Positions 14,101 through 28,800 of a DNA stretch of 64,000 bases are shown here, one piece after another. This stretch comes from Pseudovirgaria hyperparasitica. Its lineage: Eukaryota. The position numbers were made by a program, and so were the translations under genes. Positions within the stretch are counted from its first letter, which is position 1; every line of letters begins with the position of its first letter. The DNA lies in the NCBI GenBank assembly GCA_010093815.1, contig ML996587.1. One strand, given 5' to 3'. The notes beneath the pieces are model-generated. The model had not been told where the DNA came from. It did no database searches and worked only from the letters and a program-made list of their open reading frames with translations.

Positions 14101-16682
14101 GGGCGTTATAAACCCCGTTAAGTCTCGGTAATACTCTACTAATAGAATCTAATTATATCCTAAGAAGAAGTCGGTAAACGTTAAGACGGCTATCCCCGTA
14201 AAGTGCTCCGAGAATTCTTTATATAAGGGCGGCGTGGCCGTATTACGAATAGTAACTCGGTTGATTTCTATCGCCGAATTAATTAACCTATAATCTTATT
14301 CCTTATTAGCTTCCTTCTTCTTTTCTATAAGAAAATAGACGTTTTAATAAGGACTACTATAGGGCTCGAGTCTTCCGCTATTAAGACGCTCTTTTAGGAT
14401 TATGAGTACCTTCCTATAAAGGGCTCTAGGAATATTAAAGTTCTTAGTCTACTATATCTTATATTCTACTATTCGGATCTCCTACGGAGGTGCCACCTCT
14501 TTATTAAATTTACTAAGGTATAAGAATTCCTATGCTAGTGCTTCCTCGCGATATAATAAGATTATATATAGTAACTTAAGTTCCGCGAGACGTAGCTCTA
14601 TTCTAATCTTTAGCTAACTTATACGTAGAGACGTTAGACGTGTTCCTAGCGGGATAGTTACCCTTTAAGACTCTATTAGCCTATTAAACGCGTTAAGGCC
14701 TAGGTGGACGGCCGGAAGAAGTGCCTACCGTGTAATTACTCATTTATACTAGTCTAGATACCCTAATAGATTCCTAGAGACCTTTCGGTGGGCTTCGGAG
14801 TCATCTATAGGGTGTACTTTAACTCCCTTTCTTTTATATATAGTAGCTATACTAAATCCCTTTAATACCCCGGAAGAATACTATCTTTAGAGGCCGGTAG
14901 AGCCTACTATAAGCCGTTCTATTATTATGCCTTATTTATATATGAAGGTAGCGTACCTCGCCGCCGTAACTAGAGCGGCTAAGTTATCTTTTCTTAATAA
15001 CCGAGTAATATTTTTAGGCCGGATTTTCTCGGAAAGCAACTCTATATAACTTATTTCTATATCCGTATAAAAATATATCCTATCCCCTTCGTTAGTAGGT
15101 TTACTAGACCCTATTTAGTGTAGATTATTAGTTAAGGGTAGCCCTTAACTAATAATCCGGCTTAACTCCGGCTTCTAGCGATATACTCCGCTATATAGTT
15201 AGTCTCTAGCCACGGAGTTACCCTCCTTCTCTAAGACTAGAATATACTTATCTAGACTAGTTTCGAAGGTTATACGTTCTTATCTATATACGGAGTAGAC
15301 TATTAAGAGTACTTACCTAGAGGCTAACCTCTACACCGTAAGTAAGGCCTACCTAGTATATGGCTCCCCTAGGATAAGATTATAATTAAGTTCGCTATAT
15401 ACGAATATCGAAATAGCCGTAACGATCCGACCTATATAGATAGGGTATTACTATACTATTCCTACGAATAGAGTACTATACTAAGTAGTGCTAACTAAAC
15501 TCGAGTTCTTTATATATAGTAGAAGCGAAGATATCGCTAGCCTAAGACGCCTCGTAGTATCTAGTTAAATACTATTTACCTGCGCGCCACTATTGAATAG
15601 TACTATACTAGTCGCCCTTTTAGGACTAACTTCTACGGGATACCTTAGACACTCGGCTACTAGCCTTACTATCCCTTTCTTAAGCTAATTAATATCTTAT
15701 TACGTGATGGCCGTCCCTATAGTATAGAGGGGTGCTAATATATTAAGTTTATTTATCTCGGGAGCTATAGTATAGTTATTTCTTCCTTTCTTCTCGGCTC
15801 TCTTCTCTTAAGTCTTATAGACCTCTCTAGCTATAAAGTCGGGGGCGCCCTTCTTAAATACCGTACGATATAAGTTACTATTAAGGCTTAATAATTCGCT
15901 AATAGTAATATTTATAGTTATCCCTAGAACGCGCACTAGCTATGCTTCGCTAGCTTCTATACTTAGCCACTATCCCTCGCGTAGATAGTTATTAAGCTTA
16001 ACGTCTCGGATACGTGCCTTTTAACTAGGATTTAGGCTATCCCCTTTATCTATCTTATTCTTAGGCGCCGTTAGCTCTTATTTAGACGTTCCCTAGTTAC
16101 TACTCTTTTTACCGTCCTCCTATTCCTCGATAATCCTTATATACTACCCTTTACGCATTCCGCGGAGATAGGTAATCTTTCTTTCCTTAGTATAATTAGG
16201 TGTACTCTTCGTGATCCCCCTTCTAGATATTACGAGTATAGCGGGCTCTTCTAGGGCTATCTCCTCGCGGATATATCTATTACTAGCTATATCAAAGCGT
16301 TCATGGAATTCTATATATCTATCTTTCTTACTCTCGGGCGATATAACTTCTTCTTCCGAATTACTATCCGCCGAGGCCTAGTAGAGACCCTTTATAGGTT
16401 TTATACTAATACTATATACTAGTACTCTCTATAAAGCATTAATATTTACTATAGACGTAGAAACCTTTACTCCCCCTCCGTACTAGCTTAGGCCGTTTTA
16501 AACTATTACTACGTAGTTCCGGATAGCTTATAGAGTAGCTTATGGCTCTACTAAGGAGGGTAGTAATAGGATTTCTTCTCTATTCGCCCCGAAACGCCCT
16601 TAGAACACTCGCACCCCGTTAATATTCAGTAATCTATCTCTAATATATCCTACTATCTCCGGACATCTATATATTAGGTGAT

Positions 16683-17620
16683 GGCTAGGTAGCGTAGTGG
16701 TAGTATACTACGTTACTAGAAGCGTTTATTATCTAACGTCATGGGTTCAAATCCTATAACGGCCATCTTTTCACATACTAGTTTTCGTACGCTCTATTAA
16801 AAGTATATAGGGCTAAGCGAGCACGTAACGTAAAGGTTACCGTTATATAACTACTTAGTCCTAAGCGACCATTAGGTAATATGAAAATAACTATACCGTT
16901 ATTATATGATAAGAATTACCTAATATAGCCACCTACTAAGCCACCTTAAGTGGTAAGAGCGACGCCTAGAGCGGCTAGACCCATAACTAGCTTAGCTCGA
17001 ATCATAGAATTTTCACTATATACTAGGGCCTTATCTACCCTAATCCGGCTTAGCTCGCGCTTACTCCGGCTTGGTAACCACGAAACAGACGGTAATACCT
17101 AATTAAGTATCCCGCCTACCTATAGACGATTATATAGCCCCGAAGAATAATTTCCGAATTCGGCCTAGCTGGGGTTAGTACTAAGGCATTGACCTATTAG
17201 ATATACACCCCCTCCGGCATTAGTTATCTTAATTAATAACTACTACCCGGCGTAAAGCTATATTCCCATGGATAGGAAAACACGGTAACATAGGAATAAA
17301 AGACTAGGCCTAGCCTAGCGACCTACCCAATTACAAGAAAGATAATACCTACTATAGTTGGTTAGGGCGTTATTAAGAGCCGGTACCAATATAGTAATAA
17401 AAAGCCTAATATAAGGATAAGAAGTAAGTTTGTCACCTAATGGGATTCAAGGACTTAGACTAGGCTAGGTTAGGTTAGTAATAGGGTCTAGTTAGGGAGC
17501 TAATCACAGGAGGTTTTCTTATATACATAGCAGCCAATACTAGAGGAGGCCTGAGCCTATGGAGCATATATATGGCTATATATATAGTTCTTCCTAGTTA
17601 AACACTAATATTATTATTAT
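16683..17620 (+). mobile_element. tRNA-derived SINE (~940 bp) with LINE-like 3' end and (TAT)n tail
   Basis: Absent from the equivalent site in A1 (~1135-1150); 11-bp TSD TATTAGGTGAT (16672-16682 / 17621-17631); A box TAGCGTAGTGG (16690), B box GGTTCAAATCC (16744), acceptor-like GGC...GCCA ends (16683-16765); last ~110 bp resembles the LINE 3' terminus. Confidence 0.9.
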
Positions 17621-19324
17621 TATTAGGTGATCTCCTCCGTACGTGATACACACGATCGGTCTTCGAGGCCTATCCTAGGCCATGATACCTCCTTAGGAGT
17701 CTCGGGTAGAGACGTATTCTCTATTCTATATATAATTCTATAGATAAACTTGCGTTAGTTCTATAGGCATGCCTCGTACTTAGTTAGGGGTGTGTTAAAA
17801 GATTTAGCCTTCGCGCCTACTAGTTAATAATAGCCGAAAGTAGCTTAGGTTTATACTTCTTAAGGGATAGGAATAAGGGATTAGAGGTAAAGTAGGACTT
17901 CATCTTAATTAACGTGAGGTCTAGTTTACTAAATCTCTCTACCATCTCGTTAAACTTATCCGATTCTAGCGCGACGTGTACTTCGACTAGAGAGGGGTGG
18001 CTAAATTTATTAGTTCTTCTTTCTTCATGTAACTACTCTTCTAAGCTAGTCTTCTTACTCCCTATCTTTAATTTATAGTATATAGCTATAGCTAGCTCTT
18101 ATGCGGCTAAGTACTTATTAATATAAGCTAGTTCCTTAAGTACTCTAGCCTTTCGTGATACGAAGCCATAGATAATTACCTAGTCGTAACTATATGCTTC
18201 TATCATGAGTTAACATTTCTCTATAGCCCGAGCCTTAAGACTATTAGGTAGCCCTTCTAGGAAGAGCTCTATTCGCGAATATAAGCTTAGGCTTCCTTTA
18301 GCCGTAAGTTTCTCTATAATCATACGATACCGGGAGTAGTATATAGGGAGAGAGTAGGATGGGTCTACTTTAACCATTTCCACGTATTTTCGGATAAAGT
18401 AGATGGTGCCTTCCTCGAGGGCGGAGTTAAATAGAGAGAATTCCTTTAATAATTCTTCACGTAGCGTGGCCCACTACTATTTCTAAAACCTACTTATTCC
18501 TTTAATAGTAGGACGGAGATAGTCCTCGTAGTATAACGGTAGGGAGGTTATCTTCTTATTAGGCGGAACTTTATAGTTTATATATATATCCTCGTACTTC
18601 CGAAGGAAGGCCGTGATATTTATTCCTTTAAAGCGCTTAGGGGCTAGGGTAGATAGAGATACCATCCTTTCTTATCGCGCAAATGCTACGAAGAAGTTAA
18701 GCATCTCTCTACGAGTTACTAGATCGTTATTTTAAGCTCCTATCGTACTATTACTAGTAGTAGGTGTACTAGTAGAGACGCTGGGGGTAAGGTTATTAGT
18801 TAAGGGATTACCTTAACTAAAGGTTGGCCTAATGCGTCTACCTATAATACCTATCATCCCTTCTCTATATTAATTAATCCCTTTATAAGGTAAACTATTA
18901 CTATCGTCTTCATCGATATAAAGTTCACGGTATCCTACTTATGTTATTATCTTCGTGTAAGGCGTTCCTAAAGTAGTTAACTCGTGTAGCCGTGTTTATG
19001 AATAACAGCTATAGTAGTACTAAATAGGTTATATTTATCGTTTTTGAACTCTTCTTTACTACTTTATCTAGCCCTGTTTTATATCCTATTCCCCTAAGAC
19101 ATTTTCGAGTCGCGCTATTACCTATGTTAGTATACGCATGCTTTTTACGGCTACTTTTAAGAGGCTAGCCCCTAGCGACTCCGGACTCCCTATTTTCCGG
19201 ACTCGTGGCTTCGATCTAGTAAGTCTAGACTACCTTATTAGACACGCCATATACTTCCCCTAAGCTAGTTTCGGAGTCCTAATCTCCCCCTATAAGTTCG
19301 TAGTCCGGGTACGATCTCTAAAAT

Positions 19325-19697
19325 TATAGTAAGCTATCGCTACGTGTGTCCCTTTTTATAAATGGCTGTGTTCTTAGTATAGTAGTCGCGACGAACTCAT
19401 AAGTATCTCTCCTAGGTATTATAAGTTCTCTTTAAACGCACGACTTCTTATTAGTTCTCTTTTACGATAGGGCGGGTCTATATAATACTCTTAATTAATT
19501 CTTTAATAGCTAAGCCTAATAATTAATACCCATAGAGGCCCATGAACGTAAGGAAAGATCGAATTATCGAATATTAGTGATAGGGGAAGCGTGCCGAGTA
19601 GAATGACCGAGGAAAACGCCCTCCTTAAATATACAATGAAGCCATGTGATCGAGCTAGGGATACATATATATAGGGCTGTAGGAGCGGCCTTCCATA
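19325..19697 (-). repeat. 5' LTR of A2 (373 bp)
   Basis: Matches 10117-10489; followed on the minus strand by ATTTTAGAG (possible RIPped TGG primer-binding site). Confidence 0.92.
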
Positions 19698-22600
19698 GTA
19701 GTTAGGCGGGATAGTAGACTATTCTAAAGATAATAGGACGACTAAAAGGCATAGTTAAAGCCGCTACCGCGCGAGGATAGTCGCGCCTCCAAGGAATAAG
19801 TATATAAGTATATATACTCCCTAGTACCTAATAAGGGACTAGAATATACTCCGAATTATATAGGTAAACATATAATATAAAAGAGAGAACTAGGCGACGC
19901 TCCTTAAAGAGACCGGGGCTATAATACTCGCTATCTAGGAACCCTATAAATACTACTAGATAAGTAAACCAACTACATACCCCGGATACCATACTATACA
20001 CCCTCTAGGCCTAGAAAGACGAGTCCTCTTCCATATTTATAGGTTAATACTACTCTTATTATAGTCGTACACCGAGCGCGATAACCTTAGGATAATACTA
20101 CACCTATAAATAGATATAGGCCCCCTATATATATATAATATATATAACTAATAACATATACTTATACTAGACGAGATACTCGAGGGTACTACGGAACTAG
20201 GGTAACATATCCTCCTAGGAGACTTTAACCTCTACTACTAATAGTAGGGAGGCCTAGCCATAGTTAGGGAAGAACTTAGAGTAAGGGAACTACGTACCCG
20301 CTACCACGACTTCCTATATCTACTTATACCTATAGAATAAGTTATATAAAAAAAATATAAATAGGATAAAGACAGGTCCACGCTTAACCTTACCTTCGCC
20401 ACGGAGTATATTAGTTACTAGATCTAATACTACCGCCTAGGCTAGGTATAGACGGATTCCGACTATAAATATATAGAAACCGTAATAAATGTATATACCC
20501 CGAATAAATAACGGGGATAATAGATATAGAAGGACACCGACTAGGAAAAGTACCTAAAGGACCTAGAATTAGCGATCCTAGATCCCTCTATAGTCGATAT
20601 ATCCAACGACCTAGCTATAGACTAGGCCGTATAGACACTCCTATAAATATACTAGAATACGAGAAATAAACACATACTATACTAAATATACCGGCCCCCG
20701 GAAGTAAAGGGGATTCCTTAAGTACGGGAAAGTAGATAAGACGCTCTAAGGCTATATAGATACGTATACTATATAAGAATACCCGAGTCATAGGAAGAAT
20801 AGAAGGAAGCGATATAATAATATAATAAAGTTCTCTATAACGAAAGGCGTGAATAGTAGCGTATAATTACTAGTTAATAGATACGACATATAATAGAGCT
20901 ATAGTATATAGTAAAATAGGCCAAGGGCGTAGACACTCCGACACCCCCGCTACTTATGCCTCCTCTAATATATTAGGGGAGAATATACTCTACGAGCCTT
21001 AAGAAAACTAAGGCCCTACGGGAGGCTATATTCCCTCTCCCGGAACTAGTAGACCTATTAGATATTCACGGCGCCGAATATCTATATATAGTAGATATCC
21101 CTAAAGAAGTTACGGAGGAGGATATACTTAATATTATTAAGACACTCCTAAATAATAAAGCACCCGGACTAGATAGAATTCTAAATCGATACCTAAAAAG
21201 TACTATAAAAGCGACCCTACCGCTTATTACTCGTATATTCTAAGCATGCGTTACGTAGGGGTACCACCCCTAGAGCTTCCGAGTCGTCTATACTATTATA
21301 CTTCTAAAACTAGGAAAGAGCCCTAACTCCCTAAAGGGATAGAGACTAATCGCCCTTCTCTTCTACCTAGGTAAGATACTAGAGGCTATGATAGCGAAGA
21401 AGATAAGTACCGCGGTATAGAAATATAATCTCCTCTCTCTAAACTAGAAGGTAAAGGTAGATAGCTCCCTAATAATAGCTATCTAATATATTATCGAAGT
21501 CGTCTAGGCCGTATAGAAATAGGGACGGGTAGTATCGCTCCTCTCCCTTAATATAGCCGGAGCGTTTAATAAGGTAAACTATATAAGACTTATTTATAAC
21601 CTCCGGATAAGACGAATACTAGAATGGATTATACGCTTTATATAGTTATTCCTTATAGGAAGAATAACTTAGATATATATCCCTAGGTACTAGAGCGAAT
21701 ATAAAGAGACGGTATACGGCATCCTATAAGGGAGCACCATCTCTCTAATCCTATTCCTCTTCTTTACGGTAGACCTTCTTTAAGGAATAAAGTATATAGA
21801 AATAGTCGGATACGCCGATAATATATACCTCCTAGCTATTAATAATAATACTAACCAAACGTATAGACGACTAGAATAGAACTATAAGAGGTACCTCTAG
21901 TAGGTAAAACGCTATAGAGTAAAGTTCGTCCTAGAGAAATACTAGCTTATATACTTTATTAATCGTTAAGGGAAATAGGTAACTAGGGAAGGCGAATAAC
22001 GCCCCCGAATTAACGTATTTAACGAACTACTAGTATAAAGTATACGCGCGCTCGGAGTTATACTAGATAGTAAGCTTAAATAGGGACCATAAGTAGTATA
22101 CGCCGTCTCTAGGGCCCTCTAGATAGAAGCCGCTATATAACGGATTATAGTCTCTATGTAGGGAACCGCCCGGGATAAGGCACGCTAGCTATATATATCT
22201 ATAGTACGACCCGCCTTCACGTACGGATATAAGTGCTAGTATACGGCCCTTATATAGACTAGGCGAATAAAGCTTAAATCCATATAGAACCGTATACTCC
22301 GTCTTATATTAGGCGTATATAAAGCTACTAACACGGTGCTACTACGACGCGAGATAGACGTTATAAGTATATATAACTTCTACTAGATATAGAGGGTAGT
22401 ATACTTTACTAAATAATAAGTATAGAAACGTATAGAAAACGTAGAATATACTTTTACCGCGCTACGTGTACGAATTAGTATATATTACCGCGTACTCCTA
22501 TATATAGGCCGGAATCAAATACGGTATAGGTACTTAATAGAAACCGACTCTAGCTAAGTAGTATAAGAAGTCTAAGATAACCTAGACGCTCTCCTAGACC

Positions 22601-23395
22601 GGTAGAGCCTTTAAGAACTTATAAAAAATATACGGTCGTAGACTTAAGATAAGTAGAAAGAGGCACTCCGTGCCTACTAGACCTCCTAGTAGAATAGATA
22701 TCTAGAGTAGATTCGAGGGCCATAGAAGGAACTAAGTAAATAGATATATAAAGGGCTAACGAAAGCCTAAGTATCTATACTTATCTAAGCCCGAATAGGC
22801 GCTATAGAACTCCTATACTATATCTATAAGAGAGGCGTTTCTAATACCTCCCTATAGTATAAGGCGTGCGGCCGGAGAGGTATAATACGCTACTATCTAG
22901 CTATATACTTTAACCTCTATATATAACGGTAATAGCTTATCTACGTTATAAAGACTTTAGATATTATATAATAGCTTAATAAGTACCCTAAGGATATCTC
23001 CCGATAGATACTTATATATCTACTACTTCTCTAGTACTAGTAGACCCGGAAATATATACCGGAAGAGACCCGGTATACGCCGGTAGTAACCTAATATATA
23101 CTAGAAGAACCCTAGGAGAACCCCGATTATTAGTTAAGGGTAGCCCTTAACTAATAACCTCCGCACCTACACGTGCTACCTAAGGGTAAAATAATAGTAA
23201 TATAGGCTATAGGCTAATAGGCGTACCCTATAGCTATATACTTAAGATAAAACAGAGGTTTAACGAGATATAGTTATAGACATAAGGAAGTTTTTCCCTA
23301 TAGGGTTTCTTCTTATATAGTAGCTTAGACTAGAGGAGGCATAGGCCTATAGAGTACTACTCTACCTAGTTATATAATATTATTATTATTATTAT
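19698..23395 (+). mobile_element. Tad1-like LINE copy L1 (ORF1 end, ORF2, 3' UTR); 5' part displaced by the A2 insertion
   Basis: APE motifs ILAI*EP, LLGDFNL, SDY; RT motifs KAPGLD, *RLIALL, AGAFNKV, GIL*GSTIS, GYADN (21808); palindrome 23127-23157; (TAT)n tail. Confidence 0.93.
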
Positions 23396-24433
23396 AGATT
23401 TATTAATCTCTAATTCTTCTTTAATAGTTTCTAAGGGTCTTAATATTCCCTAGGGTATAATTTTCTTAGTTTTCTAGTTAATTATAGGGTTAACTTCTTC
23501 GAGCTATAGTATTCCTAGAATTAAGTTATATTATTCTAGCTCTACTATATCTAATTATAGTTATTAGTATTCTACTATTAAGACTAAATCTAAAGGTTCT
23601 ATTTCTAAGTATACTATTCTATTAGTATATTCTATATTAAGTCCTTTAAATATAGATAGCTTATATAGTTCTTCTTTACTATTATAGGGTATTTTTAGTT
23701 TATCTACTATAGTTAGAGAGATAAAGTTAGACTATACTCTACTATTAATTAGTACTTTAATAGAGTATTTTTAATAGAGCTAAATTTTAAGAGATATCTA
23801 TATTTTATTATCTAAGCTACTAATAGATATAAGAGATTTTCTTTTTAGCTTAGCCGTTTCTCTTAGTATATCTAGCCTTCCTAGTTTTTTTATAGCTTAC
23901 TAAGTTTCTATTCTATTTTCTATATAAGTTAGATTATAGATTAAACTTATTTCTTAATTTTATCTAAGTCTACTTAAAGGTTATACTATATAATAGTCTT
24001 AGATATTAGATAGGTCTAGCACGTAATATCCGGGTATTAGATATATTAGTTCTCTAGATAAATCTTATTTTCTATCTACTTTAATATAAAGTAGTTTTTA
24101 TTAGTTTCCTTAGTAATTATTTTATACTATTATATATCTTTATCTTTAAAGGCTTATAGCTAGGAAAAAACTTTTTACATCCCTAAGAGGCTAACTTGGT
24201 CCATTCGGGGTAATATAGCGAGATACACACCTCAATCGATAGAGTACACCGAGTACACCAACTACTACTACACGCATATACGTGTAGCGTCGAAACCAAG
24301 ACGTTACCGCCGTATAAAGATATATATACACCCTCTTAAAATCCTTACGGAGATAGAGGTACGGACCACGCTACTAGAACGCCGATACGCCGACCCCCTT
24401 TTATTAGTTAAGGGCAGCCCTTAACTAATAAAT

Positions 24434-25860
24434 ATGGCGGCCTTAGGCACCGATATACCCCGGTATATACCGGATATACCCCTACTAGTACGATAGAAAA
24501 GGCCATATAGCGATACTACTAAGGGTAGCTATATACCTATCTAAAATGTAGAACACATCTAAAGGCGCACGCCGCTATAGATAGATAGAATAAAGGGGAC
24601 CCTAAGAGGGGAAACCCTCCTAAATCATATTAACTACTAGGTAGCACGTATAGAGAAGGAAGCCGGAGAGGGCTAGAAGACCCTCCTATATATATTCTAG
24701 GACCTTATCTAGAATCTAAAGGGAATTACGGAGGAGGAGAAGAAGATATAACTAGGAGGACTAGAGGGTAGGCTCGACTAAATGGAGGCTAGTCTATATA
24801 GAATCTAGGAGGAACTCACTTAAGGTAAGCGCCCTAGTATATAGGTATAAATAGTAGTAATACCGGAGGCTATACCACGGGCCCCCCGGACCGGCGACGT
24901 GGTATATAGTATACGCGTCGCAATCTAGGATAAGGACACCCTAGTATAGGTCTAGCGAGCATCCCTAAAGGATATAGTAAGTAAGATTAACGAATAAAAG
25001 GGAATATAGTTAAATATCGTCGCTGCTAAACTCACGCTAGGAGGAGTAGTACTTACTACGATAACGAATATCGCGTAGTAGACCATCTCGCGCGATCCGA
25101 ACGCGATTAGTAGTATCTTCCTAGGCGCCTCTATTAGGGCGGCCACATACCCGATATAGGTATACTCTATGCCCGTAAGCGGATAGGTTATTAGAGAAGA
25201 AGATATTACGCGGATGGAATAGTTAAACGAGCGAAAATACCTAGGGATTAAGATTATAAGAGTATGGTAGAAGAATATATAAGGGATTAAAACCAGATTA
25301 AAGTTATACTCTACTATAATAGTAGAGCTTAAGGACCCCGCCCTCGCGTATCGAATTACGTAAGAGGGATTCCTAGCGGAAGGGGAGCTTCTTATAGCGG
25401 AACCATGGGATAGAGCATAGGCGATAACATAGTACTTTAACTATTAGGGATACGGGTATATAGTATAGCGGTGCTCCTAAAAGACTAGGTATAGGTAGTA
25501 TCGATAAGAATATAGTACCTAGGAGTGCCCCTACGGGACATAAGGAGAGGGCTAGAGGGATAGGGATACGGCGAAGTACTCTAACTACGACGGTAAGTAC
25601 CCGTCGTAGTCGGCTACGTGCGCGAAACGCAAATAGGTTACTAAATATATCTACTTAATCTAGATAAAGGGAGTAAGGTAGCTATAAATAATGCGACCTA
25701 CCACCGTTCCTCTCTTTACTATAATACTACTACTATAGACTATCTCCTCACGAGGAAGCGGTTAGGAATAGTAAACCGTCCCGAGAAAGCTAATAATAGG
25801 ATAGCCCTAAGGAATTACTAAGGCCGCCGCCGTACGAGGATAGTCGCGTCTTAGAGGAAT
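24434..25860 (+). pseudogene. LINE ORF1 (gag-like) with three CCHC zinc knuckles, RIP-inactivated
   Basis: ATG at 24434 directly after the palindrome; de-RIPped CFNCQGYGH...C, CGWCRQEH...C and CPNCDGKH...C at ~25430-25621. End approximate. Confidence 0.82.
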
Positions 25861-25869
25861 AAATATATA

Positions 25870-28800
25870 GGCCTATACATTCCCTAGCACCTAATAAGAG
25901 ACCAAGATATACTCCTAATTATATAGATAAACATATAGTATAAACGTAAGAACTAGGCGATACTCCTCGAGGAGACCGGAGCTATAATACTCGCTATATA
26001 GGAGCTATATAAACACTACCAGACGAATAAACCAATAACACACCTAGGATATTATATAATACACCCCCTAGGACCGGAGAGGAGAGTCCTCTTCCATGTC
26101 TATAAGTCTATTCTACTCTTATTATAGTCGTATACTAAACGGGATAACCTCCGGATAACACTACACCTCTAGATAAATATCGGACCCCTCCACATATATA
26201 ATATATATAACTAGAACCGATCGCTTTAGGCGGATGATATACTTAAGGGTACTACCGAGCTAGGATAACATATCCTCCTAGGAGATTTTAACCTCTATTA
26301 TAGCTAGTAGGGTAGACTAATCGTTACCCGCGAAGAGCTTCGAGCTAGAGAACTACGCACCTAATACCACGGCTTCCTATACCTTCTTATACTAATAGAA
26401 TAGATTACCTAGCGAAAATATAAATAAGATAAGGGCGGATCTATACTCGACCTCACCCTAGCCACTAGACATATTTATAATAGGACTTAATACTACCGCC
26501 TAAGCCTTATATAGATAGACTCCGACCACGAATATATGGAGACCTTAATAGACGTATCCACCCCTTAAGACTAATGAGGGCGATAGCTATAGAAGGATAC
26601 TAACTAGGAAAAGTATCTAAAGGACCTGGAATCGACGATCCTAGACCCGTCTATAGTCGACGTATCTAATGGCCCGGCCATCGACTAGGCCGTGAATATA
26701 CTTCTATAGGCGTATTAGGGAGTAAGAGATAAACACGTGCCGTACCGAATATATAGACCCCTAGACCCGAAAAGCATACCTTAAGTACAAGAGTATAGGC
26801 GAGAAGTCCGGAGATTATATAGACGCGTATACTATAACCGTATATCTAAAGCGTAGGATAAATAGAGAGAGGTAAGAAGATAATGAGATAAAGTCCTCCG
26901 TAACGAGCGACGTAAATAGTAGTATATAGTCACGGACAGATACACACGTAATACTACTAGACTATGGCATATAGTAAAATGGGCCAAAAGCACCGCCTCC
27001 CTAATACCTATACTACTTATACCTCCCCTTATATATTAAGAAAAGACGTACTCTACGAGCCTCGAGAAAATAGAGATTCTATAAGAGGTTATATTCCCTC
27101 TCCTAGAACCTATAGACCTATTAGATATTAACGGTACGGAATACCCGGAAGCTGTAAGTATCCCTAGGGAAATCACGGACGACGATATACTCGGCACTAT
27201 TAAGATACTCCCGAATAATAAAGCGCCTAGACTAGACGGAATTCTAAATCGATGCCTTAAGAGGACCATATAGGCGACCTTACCGATTATAGGCCATATA
27301 TTCCGAGCGTGCGCCCGTATAGAATACCACCTATAGAGCTTCCGAACTGTATACACGGTTATACTTCTAAAACTAGGGAAGAGCCTAAACACGCCGAAGG
27401 GATAGAGGCCGATCGCCCTCCTCTCCTACCTTAGTAAGGTACTAGAAGCTACGATTACTAAGAAGATAAGTATAGTAGTATAGGTATACGGCCTTCTCCT
27501 AGTAAACCAGAAGGCGAAGGTAGGAAGCTCCCTAATTATAGCTATTTAATACATCCTCGAGGTTATCTAGACTATATAGAAATAAGGACGAGTCGTTATA
27601 CTACTCTCCCTAGACATAGTAGGGGCGTTTAATAAGGTAAACTATATAAGACTTATCCATAACCTCCGGATAAGGCGAATACCTAAGTAGATTATACGAT
27701 TTATATAGTCCTTTCTCGCGTAAAGGACTACTTAAATATATATCCCCGGATACCGAAGCGAATATAAGGAGACGGTATACGGCATCCTATAAGGGAGCAC
27801 CATCTCCCTAATCCTCTTCCTCTTCTTTATAGTAGACCTCCTTTAGAGAATAGAACACACAGAGGTAGTCGGATACACGGACAATATATACCTCCTCGCG
27901 GTCAATAGTAGTACTAGTAGAACATATATACGACTCGAACGAGACCACGAGAAATGCGTCTAGTAGATAAAGCGCCACGGAGTAAAATTCGCACCTAAAA
28001 AATACTAGCTTATATACTTTATTAACCGCTATAGAGGATAGGCTACTAGGGAGGGGGCACGTCGCCCCTAAATCGACGCCTTTATAGAACCACTAGTATA
28101 GAGTATACGCGCACTCGGCGTCATGATCGATAATAAGCTAAAATAGGGACCATAGGTGGCACACGCCGTCTCTAGAGCCCTCTAGGTAGAAACCGCTATA
28201 CGCCGGATTACGGTATCTACGTAGGGAATAGCCCGGGATAAGGCGAGACAGCTATATATCTCTCTAGCATGCCTAGCCTTTATATACGGACACGAGTACT
28301 AGTATACGGCCCTTATATAAGCTCGGCGGGTAAAGCTTAAGTCTATATAAAACCGTATACTCCGCCTTATCTCCGGCGTATATAAAGCTACTAATACGAC
28401 GCTCCTCTAACGCGAGATAAACGTAATAAGTATATAGAACTTCTACTAGATATAGAGACTTATATACTTTACTAAATAATAAGCATAAGAACGTGGAGGA
28501 GATAGGGTATATACCTTCGCCGTACTACGCACACGTATCTACGCGCATTACTAGGCCCTCCCTACTATAGAATAAACTCGAGTATAATATAAATGCTATA
28601 TAGAGGCGGACTCGAGCTAGACCGTGTAGAAGGTTTAAAATAACCCGGATGCTATCCCGAGCTAATAGAACCCTAAGAAGCTTAGCCGCGTCATGCGGTT
28701 ATAGATCTAGGATAAATAGAGGGAGATACTTAAAGCCTAGTAGGCCTCCTAATAGGATAGGTATCTAGAATGGATCTAAGGGCCTTAGAAGGAACCGAGT

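Larger units (their letters stand above)
10490..19697 (-). mobile_element. Family A copy A2 (5' LTR, gag-pol and first ~240 bp of the extra ORF), interrupted by A1 and by a SINE
   Basis: 10490-18771 is the reverse complement of 1-~7223 apart from the SINE and the gap duplication; mirrored ORFs 6020/11605, 4961/12583 and 107/18483 in the track. Confidence 0.95.

Noticed and set aside
16683..16765. Functional tRNA gene
   Set aside because: It is the head of a TSD-flanked insertion, is RIP-mutated, and no anticodon arm can be assigned with confidence.
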